DNA of 64,000 nt. Source: a virus (Duplodnaviria > Heunggongvirae > Uroviricota > Caudoviricetes). The stretch lies in IMG/VR virus record IMGVR_UViG_2851976983_000001, positions 32,001 through 96,000 of that record; one strand, 5' to 3'. The notes beneath the pieces were generated by a model. The model ran no database searches. It worked only from the letters and a program-made list of their open reading frames with translations, and was not told the DNA's origin. Shown here piece by piece: positions 9,435 through 18,317 of this stretch (its first letter is position 1; each line of letters begins with the position of its first letter). The position numbers and the translations under genes were made by a program.

Positions 9435-10666
9435 CCAAATATTTTTTGAACAACTTCACGAGCCGCTTGTGCAGAAGCTGAAGGGAGTTTGTTAATGAAA
9501 GAACGCTCAATACCTGTCACAAAGTCGCCTCGCATCATTCCAATCTTGGCCGACAACAAAAGTTCACGAGGGCCAATTGGCTGACTGATAAGGTGTTCTT
9601 CGTATCCATCGCGAACGATACCGGCAAACTTAACCATCTTTTCTGCGTATTCATCCACGATACCGGCATTTATCAACATGTTGATCTCTGCCTCTTTGCT
9701 CATGTATTTCACATTCGAAACGATGCCAAAACGCGAAAAGTTCGCGGCGTTCTGGATGTTTGTACCCTGGTACAAGCCGGTTTCATCACCAGATCCGTTC
9801 GTGTTGCCAGTGCCAATGAAAGCAAACCGTTCATGCGGAGTAATGCGACGCCATTCTGGAGTCGCCTCTTTGATGACTAACGCTTCACCTTCCAGCACTG
9901 GCTGATACACGCCAAGAATTTGTGGAAACGCAAAGTCGTATTCATCCGCGAGGTAAACCCAGCCATGCTTCATTGCGAGCGCAAGCAAGCCAGGCTCGAA
10001 ATACGTAGAGCCATCACGCGCCAGAATTTGCCCCGTAACATGTGCCTCTTCCATTGATGCTGTATGTTGGGCACGGATCAACGGACGATTGAGCAAAGCA
10101 CATAGTTGTGTAGGCAATGACGATTTGCCTGTTCCTGCATGACCCCACAAATAGCCAGGTATGCCAAGTTCAAGCATCATGAAAATGTCTTTGATCAGTT
10201 CGAAGTCGCCATATACGTATCCCTTCTTCACTTCTGGAACGAACTCTGGAAACGGCGTATTGACGTTGACGCTAACCATGAGCGGCGTCCCACGTTTTGT
10301 TCCGAGTTCTTTCACCGTTACATTTAGCAGTTCGTGAGCTGCGACCAGATCTGTCTTGTACTCAACTGTGCCTGTGTAGCCTGGGCTACTGGTCACGCCA
10401 GATGATTTGGCCATTTCGCTTTTTTGCTCGGCACGTTTAGCTTGAATTGCATCAAGTGCCTTTTTCGATAGCGTTGGCTCATCTGGAAACTGTGTTGTGT
10501 ACATTTTCAGTACGGTGTCAGGATCGGCATCTTTTACTGACTCAGGAATGCCCTCGCAATTACCATTGGCTACATGGGACTTAAAATAGTGAAATGATTT
10601 TCCGCACCACTTGCAAACAAGGTAATCAGAAGGATTTTTTTCATTTTGCAGTGCAGTAGTAGTCAT
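9431..10666 (-). CDS. AAA+ ATPase, MoxR/CobS-like
   Basis: 411 aa; Walker A GHAGTGKSS; N-terminal Cys/His cluster; paired with downstream vWA protein. Confidence 0.75.
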   Translation of the reverse strand: MTTTALQNEKNPSDYLVCKWCGKSFHYFKSHVANGNCEGIPESVKDADPDTVLKMYTTQFPDEPTLSKKALDAIQAKRAEQKSEMAKSSGVTSSPGYTGTVEYKTDLVAAHELLNVTVKELGTKRGTPLMVSVNVNTPFPEFVPEVKKGYVYGDFELIKDIFMMLELGIPGYLWGHAGTGKSSLPTQLCALLNRPLIRAQHTASMEEAHVTGQILARDGSTYFEPGLLALAMKHGWVYLADEYDFAFPQILGVYQPVLEGEALVIKEATPEWRRITPHERFAFIGTGNTNGSGDETGLYQGTNIQNAANFSRFGIVSNVKYMSKEAEINMLINAGIVDEYAEKMVKFAGIVRDGYEEHLISQPIGPRELLLSAKIGMMRGDFVTGIERSFINKLPSASAQAAREVVQKIFG

Positions 10667-10761
10667 GCGTTTTTCCTTTGTTTTCTAATGAGCGTTCAAC
10701 TTCTTATATAAATATATCATTATCTATCGTAAGTGGTTACTTATCGTTAAGGCTGTTTTGT

Positions 10762-12870
10762 TCACTTTAAAATGATACGAGATAGTTCAGTAACTACAGA
10801 TGAACCAAGACTATCAACGCTCGTTACCAGGGCATGTTTTGAGTAAAATCTCTCCGGTGCGTCAGTCATGATGCCAATTGCCATCAAATCAATGTCAGTC
10901 TGCGTTTCAATTTGCTTCGCAACCGAACGCAAATGAGCGTCAAAACCTCTCCCAACAGCCCACGGCGCGCCATCACTCAGAACAAGCATGATCTTCCTGT
11001 CCTCCATGCGACCGGAAAATAACGATGCAAGGCTGGCTATGCTTTCACCATCCACGTTATTAAGAAGTGGGAATGTGTAGCCTACGCACCCCATACGTGA
11101 GCGAACTTCGCGAGAATTTACCTTTTCATTCCAATTTTTGATGATAGGTAGCATTAAAGATTCAAAGCGAGAGAACTCATACTTGACAGCCTTAAGTTCT
11201 CCTGCCGCCATATGACTACCAAATGTAGTGAAGCCGGTGATAATGTTGGGAACATTTATTCGATCAAGGGCATCGGCGATGGTATATGCACTTGCAAGAG
11301 CCAATTGTATCGTTATACCACTCATTGAACCTGATAAATCAATCACTTGTTGAACACAGGCGTTAACGGCTTTAGATTCTTCTTTTTTACGAAACACGCG
11401 ATCATCATTCATTGCTAATCTGTAGATACTAGAACCATGAATGCGCCCCCGACGCTGGCCCGGTATAAACTGAACTCTGTTTCTGCTTGCTATTGCTCGC
11501 TCCAGGTCTTTTGCCAGCGTCGACGAAACACCTGACGAAAGATGCTTTTCAATATATTTGTCGAAGAGCTGGTTGCCTTCAGGAACGATGCGATAGCGGC
11601 TGATTGGATATCCTCCTAAATCAATATCGGAGAATGTTTTAATAAGCCGTTTGATATGGGCTTCTGCCTGATCAATCGAGCCGATGAAGTCGTATGAGCG
11701 ATTGTATGGCCTGTATTCGCTTTTCGAGCTTTCTGTTAACTCGCTTTTAATCGTTTCGGATAGAGCATCTTCTGTCATGCCTCCGACTTCATCTTCTATG
11801 CTATCCAGCTCCTCTAAAGCCTCTTCCAGACTCATTTTTGACGGAGTTGGGATATCTGAAGAGCCGTCTTCTGTCGTTTTTCTTTTTTCGTGGTCAGCGG
11901 TTAATGATTCTGACGCCGCGTTATCAGAAGCATCAGAATCTGATACCTCTTTATCATTTTCTGTATCATCGAATATTGTTTCTGATGATTCAGAATTATC
12001 TGAATCATCACTGTCATTATTATCATGTTTGTACTTACTGTGTGACTCTGGTTTGATAGATTTGTGATTATCTAGCGATGAGGGTGTCTCATGATCTTCG
12101 TCGTCTTCATTGTTTTCTCCAGAGGCATCCGTCTGGTCAGCGTCTGAAGGATCGGAAGTTTTTCCCGGAGCTGACTCCTTACCTTTGCTTTCACTTTCAG
12201 TGTCTTTGAGGATCTTAGCTATGGTCGCAGCCACCTTTACACAATCCTCGGTGCAAGACATGTTACGCACGGCCACATCGATACCATGTTCTTTTAATAA
12301 TGAAATTGGTTTCTCAATGACAGGCCAGTATTCATCCATGAAATCTACGAACGGTGCTTGGCCATCCCAGGCTCTTACAACCGGACAGAGAAAGAAGTTT
12401 AGAAAAAGCGCGCGCTGATCTTTGCCACAATAAGCAATAGCCTCTGAAGCCTTTGGTTTAAAGACTTTTTCGATTATAAGGCGTTGAGTTGCCATCAGAT
12501 TACGTCTTGTTCCGTTAAAGACCTGCCCCATTTTTCGCTCGATGAACACGTCTTCTAAGGCATTCCATAGCGACCAGGAAGGAACGCGTCCTTTTTCTCT
12601 CATTTTGTTGGACACACGAATATCGGTAAACAAAATGTGAGCAACCTCATGATCGAGAAATCCGCGCACAGCATTCATCAATGCCGGTGTTGCGTTATCC
12701 GGGATTGATGGGATGTTTACGAGAATTGGCTCTCCATCATCGTTATAGCGTACATAAGCGTCGTCTCCTCGTTCTGCAACAGGGATGTTTTTACCTGAAA
12801 GGAGAGCGACTACTCGTTTTACACTGTCACGGAAGTCCTGAACCTCTTTGATGGAACGTTTTTTAGACAT
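10762..12870 (-). CDS. von Willebrand factor A domain protein (CobT-like) with long acidic linker
   Basis: 702 aa; MIDAS-type motif VIDLSGSMSG in the C-terminal part; about 120 aa Asp/Ser/Glu-rich linker. Confidence 0.75.
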   Translation of the reverse strand: MSKKRSIKEVQDFRDSVKRVVALLSGKNIPVAERGDDAYVRYNDDGEPILVNIPSIPDNATPALMNAVRGFLDHEVAHILFTDIRVSNKMREKGRVPSWSLWNALEDVFIERKMGQVFNGTRRNLMATQRLIIEKVFKPKASEAIAYCGKDQRALFLNFFLCPVVRAWDGQAPFVDFMDEYWPVIEKPISLLKEHGIDVAVRNMSCTEDCVKVAATIAKILKDTESESKGKESAPGKTSDPSDADQTDASGENNEDDEDHETPSSLDNHKSIKPESHSKYKHDNNDSDDSDNSESSETIFDDTENDKEVSDSDASDNAASESLTADHEKRKTTEDGSSDIPTPSKMSLEEALEELDSIEDEVGGMTEDALSETIKSELTESSKSEYRPYNRSYDFIGSIDQAEAHIKRLIKTFSDIDLGGYPISRYRIVPEGNQLFDKYIEKHLSSGVSSTLAKDLERAIASRNRVQFIPGQRRGRIHGSSIYRLAMNDDRVFRKKEESKAVNACVQQVIDLSGSMSGITIQLALASAYTIADALDRINVPNIITGFTTFGSHMAAGELKAVKYEFSRFESLMLPIIKNWNEKVNSREVRSRMGCVGYTFPLLNNVDGESIASLASLFSGRMEDRKIMLVLSDGAPWAVGRGFDAHLRSVAKQIETQTDIDLMAIGIMTDAPERFYSKHALVTSVDSLGSSVVTELSRIILK

Positions 12871-12968
12871 GGCTAATCCTTTGTTATGAAAACAAATTAT
12901 TTACTAGTGTGTTTAATGTAGCACTGCGCGAACAGGGAACTAAGCCATTCGCGCAGGGAGAAGAGGGG

Positions 12969-13181
12969 TTAACAGATTCTGACGGCTAAAGACCCGGAGC
13001 CGGTATTGAGAAGCGTGAAGCGTTTGTTGTTAAGTTCGAATATAAAGCCAGTTGTGTCATTCACACCAACCTGAATCTGCTCATTCGGTAGATCGGTGAG
13101 GATGTCAGCTACACACTCATCAGCTAATTTCTGTACGTGTCCGATCTCAAGAGCGATTAGGCTGGAAATAGTGGTGTTCAT
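12969..13181 (-). CDS. hypothetical small protein (70 aa)
   Basis: ORF track only. Confidence 0.3.
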   Translation of the reverse strand: MNTTISSLIALEIGHVQKLADECVADILTDLPNEQIQVGVNDTTGFIFELNNKRFTLLNTGSGSLAVRIC

Positions 13182-13358
13182 TCAATCAATCCATTCTAAC
13201 TTATACTATGGTAAGGAATACTACTAAAATTTGTATCAATACTGAATACATTCATATCATATGCAAGTTAATTTTCTTACCTATTTTGGGCTAATTTTTC
13301 TCCGTGCAATGGCCTTTAACCGGTCTTTTAAGTGCCTATCGAAAATAATGATAATAGC

Positions 13359-13386
13359 TTTACAACCCTAACCTTTGATGTAATAT
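13359..13386 (+). promoter_or_regulatory. candidate sigma70 promoter TTTACA-16-TAATAT, followed by palindrome GGTAAG-CA-CTTACC (13393-13406)
   Basis: Read directly, upstream of the HTH gene. Confidence 0.4.
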
Positions 13387-13432
13387 CGGTAAGCACTTAC
13401 CAGAGAGAATTGAACGCGCAAAGGTTGTAACC

Positions 13433-13819
13433 ATGTCTGATAACAAGATTGAATTTATAGAAAGTCGCTACGCTGCTTTTATCGCAGGGTTGATTGAATC
13501 CTCACCTATGAGCCAGGCCCAGATAGCCAAAACAATTGGGTATAAAAACGCCAACAACCTTTCTTTAATTAAAAGTGGCAAAATTCCTTTGCCTATCGAT
13601 AAGGTTCGTCCGCTGGCGCTGGCGCTGGGTATTGAGCCTAGTCGTCTTATGATGATGGTGCTGGAAGAACGCCAACCTGAACTCGCAGCATTTTTGTACA
13701 AAGAAGGCACCGCTCCTCTTAACGAGGACGAAAAACAGGTTCTTGCTGCATATAACGAGCGATTCGGTAAAGAGAAAGGCGCATCACAAAAGGTTGTTGA
13801 GGCCATAAAGTCTCTATGA
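13433..13819 (+). CDS. XRE-family helix-turn-helix regulator
   Basis: 128 aa; MSQAQIAKTIGYKNANNLSLIKSGK HTH pattern; convergent with recombinase gene and overlapping its 3' end. Confidence 0.7.
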   Translation: MSDNKIEFIESRYAAFIAGLIESSPMSQAQIAKTIGYKNANNLSLIKSGKIPLPIDKVRPLALALGIEPSRLMMMVLEERQPELAAFLYKEGTAPLNEDEKQVLAAYNERFGKEKGASQKVVEAIKSL

Positions 13820-14917
13820 AAAATTTACACGAATAAGCTCTGTTGATAGACGATCTCCCTTGAATTTGTGGTCAATTTCGTCTAAATCCGGTTGATCTAC
13901 GATTGATGCGATGTACGTCGAGAAACTTTCTAAGGCGTCTCGCATCTCGTCCATATAATCGTGCCGGTCGTAGACCCGATCTATCCCCTCAAGACTGTGG
14001 TTCATGATTTTGCGTGATACCTCCTGGCTTATGCCTAATGCTGGGAAGTAACTACGCGCAGTACGGCGCAAATCTCGGGGTGTAAATGGCTCAAGCTCCA
14101 TCAGTTCTGGTCGTTCCAGAATACGACGTAATGCCTGGGCTATTGCCACTTTAGACATAGGAAGGTCTTTCCCGATTTTTTTATTCGAAGGCACGAGCCA
14201 CTGGCTGTCTTTACCGTATTCGAACAACTCTTCAATGCATGTGCGCATTAATGTGCTTAAAGGCAGCGAATGCTCACGTGCTGACTTGTTTCTCTTGCCT
14301 TGATTCCAAACTCCACGCTTAAGATTGAACTCACTTTTTTTAGCCCGCAGTACTTCGTCAGGTCGTCTTGCTGATACAAGACACAGTCTGGCCGCCCATT
14401 TTGTACCAGCGCACACATTGAAGTAGTCCCATATATTCCAGAACACCCATACCTCTGCGTCGGTCAGCTTCCGCTCGCGAGGTGTGGGCTTTGCGCCACC
14501 GGCAACTTTGTTTAGTGACATATCGTTTAGCGGTGACACGTCTATCATCCCCTGGAAGGCGCACCAGCTAAGGAACTGCTTCATCAGAGAGAAAACGCGG
14601 CGGCCCATAACAATTTTGCCATCCAATATTAGAGGGTTGACCAGTTGGTTCACCATGAACCTATTAATGTCACTTACTTTTACATCAGCAATGTGCGGCA
14701 AAACATGTATCAAAATACAATGAACAGCGATCTCTGGCCGACGTCTGGTTATCAGCAGAGATAAGCGAGTGAATAACATGAATGCGTCCGAGAATCTCAT
14801 ATCATTGCTAACCTGCGAGATCATAACGGCCTGCATTTGAGATGCTCTTTCGAGATACTCAATCGCCTCTTTTGAGGTGTTCTCCGCAGCGCGTGCTCTG
14901 TCAAAGCTATTTTTCAT
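13814..14917 (-). CDS. tyrosine site-specific recombinase (integrase/resolvase family)
   Basis: 367 aa; C-terminal catalytic pattern DLRRTARSY ... MNHSLEGIDRVYDRHDY (R, H-x-x-R, Y). Confidence 0.8.
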   Translation of the reverse strand: MKNSFDRARAAENTSKEAIEYLERASQMQAVMISQVSNDMRFSDAFMLFTRLSLLITRRRPEIAVHCILIHVLPHIADVKVSDINRFMVNQLVNPLILDGKIVMGRRVFSLMKQFLSWCAFQGMIDVSPLNDMSLNKVAGGAKPTPRERKLTDAEVWVFWNIWDYFNVCAGTKWAARLCLVSARRPDEVLRAKKSEFNLKRGVWNQGKRNKSAREHSLPLSTLMRTCIEELFEYGKDSQWLVPSNKKIGKDLPMSKVAIAQALRRILERPELMELEPFTPRDLRRTARSYFPALGISQEVSRKIMNHSLEGIDRVYDRHDYMDEMRDALESFSTYIASIVDQPDLDEIDHKFKGDRLSTELIRVNFS

Positions 14918-15015
14918 ATGACAATCACCGAGTTACGCCGATTCACTGTATAAGTAAACAGTATATTAGGCATAGATTCTTATAGGATCAAGAGTAAAAG
15001 TAACTCATTTTCAGC

Positions 15016-15048
15016 AATGATTCCATACATAGTAGGTATGGAATCATT
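15016..15048. repeat. perfect 13-7-13 palindrome AATGATTCCATAC-ATAGTAG-GTATGGAATCATT (candidate recombinase core site)
   Basis: Both 13 bp arms are exact reverse complements; about 100 bp upstream of the recombinase start. Confidence 0.55.
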
Positions 15049-15102
15049 TAGATGTTGTTTTTTGAATTTTAAGGGAAACAGGAGTGAGTTTGGTGGGAAT
15101 AA

Positions 15103-15126
15103 AAAACGGCTCCTGTGAGCCGTTAA
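15103..15126 (-). terminator. intrinsic terminator AACGGCTC-CTGT-GAGCCGTT
   Basis: T-run on the minus strand downstream of the glutaredoxin gene. Confidence 0.6.
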
Positions 15127-15128
15127 AA

Positions 15129-15377
15129 TCAGAGGGGGCTGACGTATGCAGCCAGTTCTGTGTATCCGCCAATCGGTTGACCATCGATCAGTACTTGGGG
15201 GATAGTCTCTACCGGTTTACCAACAATTTCACTTAGTTTTTCCTTGTCGATACCGGCAGTGGTGATGTCGATGTACTCATAATCACCGTAGCCATGTCCC
15301 TTTAGTTGCTTCGCCATCTCGACCGCACGTTTGCAGTATGAGCAATTATCGCGTCCGTAGATAACGACCTTCATCAC
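15129..15377 (-). CDS. glutaredoxin / NrdH-like redoxin
   Basis: 82 aa; VVIYGRDNCSYCKRA with CxxC active site. Confidence 0.8.
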   Translation of the reverse strand: MMKVVIYGRDNCSYCKRAVEMAKQLKGHGYGDYEYIDITTAGIDKEKLSEIVGKPVETIPQVLIDGQPIGGYTELAAYVSPL

Positions 15378-15739
15378 TTCACCTCGTGCAACTGCTGCTT
15401 GAGAAGATAGCCTTCCAGGGGCCAGATTTTGGCAATCGCGTTCTGGCGTGCAATTTTACGTCCGATCTCCGGATCAAAGTTCTCCGGGCTGGCGCACGCA
15501 GACTCGCCGGTTACGGTGTAGCCGTTCTCCAGCACAAGAACGCAGAAGGTCAGCAGTTCGAGTGATTGCAGGGCCGGTTCAGGCTCTTCCTGCTTCAGCC
15601 ACAACGGTGAGCTGCGATATCCGTCCGCGCCGGTAAAGTAAAACTCGCCTGAGATAACAGCTTCAATGCGTTCCGGGGTAACACGCGCGGCCGTTTTGCC
15701 TTTGGCCACAATCTCTTTTTCGATATCCATATCGGTCAT
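15374..15739 (-). CDS. hypothetical protein (121 aa)
   Basis: ORF track; start overlaps glutaredoxin stop. Confidence 0.45.
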   Translation of the reverse strand: MTDMDIEKEIVAKGKTAARVTPERIEAVISGEFYFTGADGYRSSPLWLKQEEPEPALQSLELLTFCVLVLENGYTVTGESACASPENFDPEIGRKIARQNAIAKIWPLEGYLLKQQLHEVK

Positions 15740-15754
15740 TTTGGTTTCCTTACG

Positions 15755-15955
15755 TTAAAAACGAGCGATCCGAGCAAGAAGAATCAGGTCATACGCCTTC
15801 ATCGTGTCCAGCTGCTTAATGAGGATGATGCGGTCGACATACAGCAGGCGAGCAAACACGTCGCCTGCAATGTACGCCTCCTGTTCTTTGATGCGACCAC
15901 ACAGTTCTTCGTGTTCATCCATGACACGTTTCTGGTGTGGCAGGTACTCTTTGGT
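15755..15955 (-). CDS. hypothetical small protein (start uncertain)
   Basis: Track ORF 15755..16099 overlaps the PhoH gene by about 130 nt; shorter version from an internal Met is more plausible. Confidence 0.3.
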   Translation of the reverse strand, partial: TKEYLPHQKRVMDEHEELCGRIKEQEAYIAGDVFARLLYVDRIILIKQLDTMKAYDLILLARIARF

Positions 15956-15968
15956 CATTGGCTTTCCC

Positions 15969-16757
15969 TTACTGATAGGCTTCCAGTGCGACTTTGCATA
16001 GCTCAGAACGCACGCAATCTTCGGTCGCAAACTCAATAAGGCCAACATGGGAGGAAGGTTTAAATCGCTCCAGTGCATCTTCCAGACCAGACTTAACATT
16101 GCTTGGCAGGTCGCATTGCGTCACATCTCCGTTCACAATGACGGTTACGTTCTCGCCCATACGGGTCAGGAATATTTTCATTTGTGACGCTGTAACGTTT
16201 TGCGCCTCATCGAGAATGACTACAGCGTTCTCGAACGTGCGCCCACGCATGTAAGCGAATGGGGCAATCTCTACTTTGGCCACCTCTGGCTTTAAGCAAT
16301 ATTCAAGGAACGAGCCACCCAAACGCTTCTGTAACACGTCATAGACGGGACGGAAGAACGGAGCGAACTTCTCGCTCATGTCGCCCGGAAGGAAGCCCAG
16401 ATCTTCTTCTGCTTGCAATACTGGACGCGTCACGATGATCTTCCCGACTTCCTTATCCAGCAGACGCTGCGCTGCGACGGCAGCTGCCAGGTAGGTCTTG
16501 CCGCAACCGGCTTCACCAGTGGCGAACGTCAGAGGTTTGGTATCGAGGGATATAAGATAGTGGGCCTGGGCCTCGTTACGTGCTTCGATGGGAGAGTTGT
16601 CACGTTTAGGTTTTGGTGGCAGAGCAGGGGCGGCAGCCAGCTCGTCAACGATGATTGTGTCAATTTCGTAGCCGTGGATGCGTGGTTTTGACTTCAGCGC
16701 CTGACGAGCTGCGCGACGCGCCTGTTTACGTTTGTTTCCCATATTGAGTCCTTTCAA
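15969..16757 (-). CDS. PhoH-like ATPase
   Basis: 262 aa; Walker A GEAGCGKTY and Walker B VVILDEAQN. Confidence 0.85.
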   Translation of the reverse strand: MKGLNMGNKRKQARRAARQALKSKPRIHGYEIDTIIVDELAAAPALPPKPKRDNSPIEARNEAQAHYLISLDTKPLTFATGEAGCGKTYLAAAVAAQRLLDKEVGKIIVTRPVLQAEEDLGFLPGDMSEKFAPFFRPVYDVLQKRLGGSFLEYCLKPEVAKVEIAPFAYMRGRTFENAVVILDEAQNVTASQMKIFLTRMGENVTVIVNGDVTQCDLPSNVKSGLEDALERFKPSSHVGLIEFATEDCVRSELCKVALEAYQ

Positions 16758-16789
16758 GTGAGTAACTGAAAGAACTATACCGACAAATC

Positions 16790-16809
16790 ATAGGTAAGTC
16801 ATTACCTAT
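16790..16809. repeat. palindrome ATAGGTAA-GTCA-TTACCTAT
   Basis: Perfect 8 bp arms; member of the GTAAG/CTTAC motif family. Confidence 0.4.
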
Positions 16810-16821
16810 TTTTTGTGTATT

Positions 16822-16844
16822 ATCCCTCTACCATATAGAGGGAT
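16822..16844. repeat. perfect hairpin ATCCCTCTA-CCATA-TAGAGGGAT
   Basis: 9 bp stem immediately after the HNH gene stop; no clear U-tract. Confidence 0.4.
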
Positions 16845-16855
16845 ATCTTCATGAC

Positions 16856-17644
16856 TCACGGCAGTTTTGCTCTAATTTCGAGTAATTTTTGTGCCGTGAC
16901 GCTGATGTCATAAGCCAGATCTTGGGTTTGGTTAATGATTCCGTAAAAGCGCTCAACCTCTTCAGGATAAAAACGTCTGATATGGGGGATGTCGATATAA
17001 TCATAATACCCAAGCCCACCCGCGGAATATTCTCTGAAAAGCGCCCAAAAGTTGTTCACTTTCCCGACCAACTCCATACGGATTGTTTCTAAAACAACAT
17101 CATTGAAGCTGTAAAAGGGGTTATAGGCAATATTATCAAATGCGTAGAGTGGGTCGGTAATGTTGGTGCTTACTTTTGCCCGGAACTGTTCGCTCTTCAG
17201 CATTTGGAGGTAGTTATAATTAAAAATATCAGTAATAGCTTTTAGAACACCGATGTCTCTATCTGAGTAATTGTTCTGGCTCACCTGGTGCGTCATTTGA
17301 AGCAGTAAAGATTGCCGAGTTTCGGCCAGTTGCTTCCAGTTTTTCAATTGCTCAACAGAATAGATAGTGTGGTCAGAGTCAATGAGTGCGCCATGTGAAC
17401 GACACATCCATATACCGTTATCAATCGAGCTTCGCTGTTCTGGGGTCAAGCTAGGATCATATCTCGGCCCACCTGGCGCTGCTGCTGTAATATGGGCCGC
17501 AATACCATTATTAATCCTGCCGTTTGTATCACTGCTATCCGGGCCTACTGTTGTCTGGTTGCAGCCAAGAAAAGAGCATTTCCAGCCTACGCGTTCGGCC
17601 AGTGTTCGCTTCACCGATTGGGGAAAATCATCTCTGTTACTCAC
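16856..17644 (-). CDS. HNH endonuclease-domain protein with uncharacterised C-terminal domain
   Basis: 262 aa; N-terminal WKCSFLGCN ... AAHITAAAPGG ... NGIWMCRSHGALIDSD (Cys pairs plus H-N-H spacing). Confidence 0.6.
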   Translation of the reverse strand: MSNRDDFPQSVKRTLAERVGWKCSFLGCNQTTVGPDSSDTNGRINNGIAAHITAAAPGGPRYDPSLTPEQRSSIDNGIWMCRSHGALIDSDHTIYSVEQLKNWKQLAETRQSLLLQMTHQVSQNNYSDRDIGVLKAITDIFNYNYLQMLKSEQFRAKVSTNITDPLYAFDNIAYNPFYSFNDVVLETIRMELVGKVNNFWALFREYSAGGLGYYDYIDIPHIRRFYPEEVERFYGIINQTQDLAYDISVTAQKLLEIRAKLP

Positions 17645-17684
17645 GATTAACCTCGCTGTGTTTAAACAATCTTATGGTTATTTG

Positions 17685-18254
17685 TTAGTGGCGTTTGTCT
17701 TCTTCCAGACGCGCCGTTTTTAAGTGTTTGTCGGTAAAGGTAAGTAACGTTACGCCCTCATCTTTATTCATGAAACCGGCACCGTTTATCATCATGATCA
17801 GGCGCTCTTTGCCGCGGAATACCTCATAATACTTTCCCGCTGCACATGACATTGTCTTGGCGCACTCCAACCCATTCAAGGCTGTTTCATCAAATACCTG
17901 ATCTTTAGTGGCAACCGGCTTCCCGTATTCTTTCGTAAGCATTTCGTCGAGCTGCATGAAGGTATACTTGCCGACGTTGGTAGTCATGCTTGACTCAACT
18001 TTGCCATCAATCAATCCACCGGTGGTATGCGGTTCCTTACCTTCAGCCGCTGCTTTATCGAACAAAGCGAAGGCTTCGATGTTTGGGGTTCGTTTTTCAA
18101 AGTGGGTTTTGTACTGGCTCTCAAGGGAGTTTTTGTCCTGACCGATTAGTGTAATTTTATCGACTTCAGACTCGTTGCATCCCGTGAGTGTGAACGCGAT
18201 TATTAGAGAGGTGAGAATAGTGAAGTTGCGCTTTTTCATTGATGCTATCTCCAT
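17685..18254 (-). CDS. lipoprotein (signal peptide with lipobox LTGC)
   Basis: 189 aa; MKKRNFTILTSLIIAFTLTGC. Confidence 0.6.
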   Translation of the reverse strand: MEIASMKKRNFTILTSLIIAFTLTGCNESEVDKITLIGQDKNSLESQYKTHFEKRTPNIEAFALFDKAAAEGKEPHTTGGLIDGKVESSMTTNVGKYTFMQLDEMLTKEYGKPVATKDQVFDETALNGLECAKTMSCAAGKYYEVFRGKERLIMMINGAGFMNKDEGVTLLTFTDKHLKTARLEEDKRH

Positions 18255-18317
18255 GCAAACAGCTACGTTCCTACTACGGGTGGCACTTCAGATAAATACT
18301 TTAGACCTTGGCAGATA

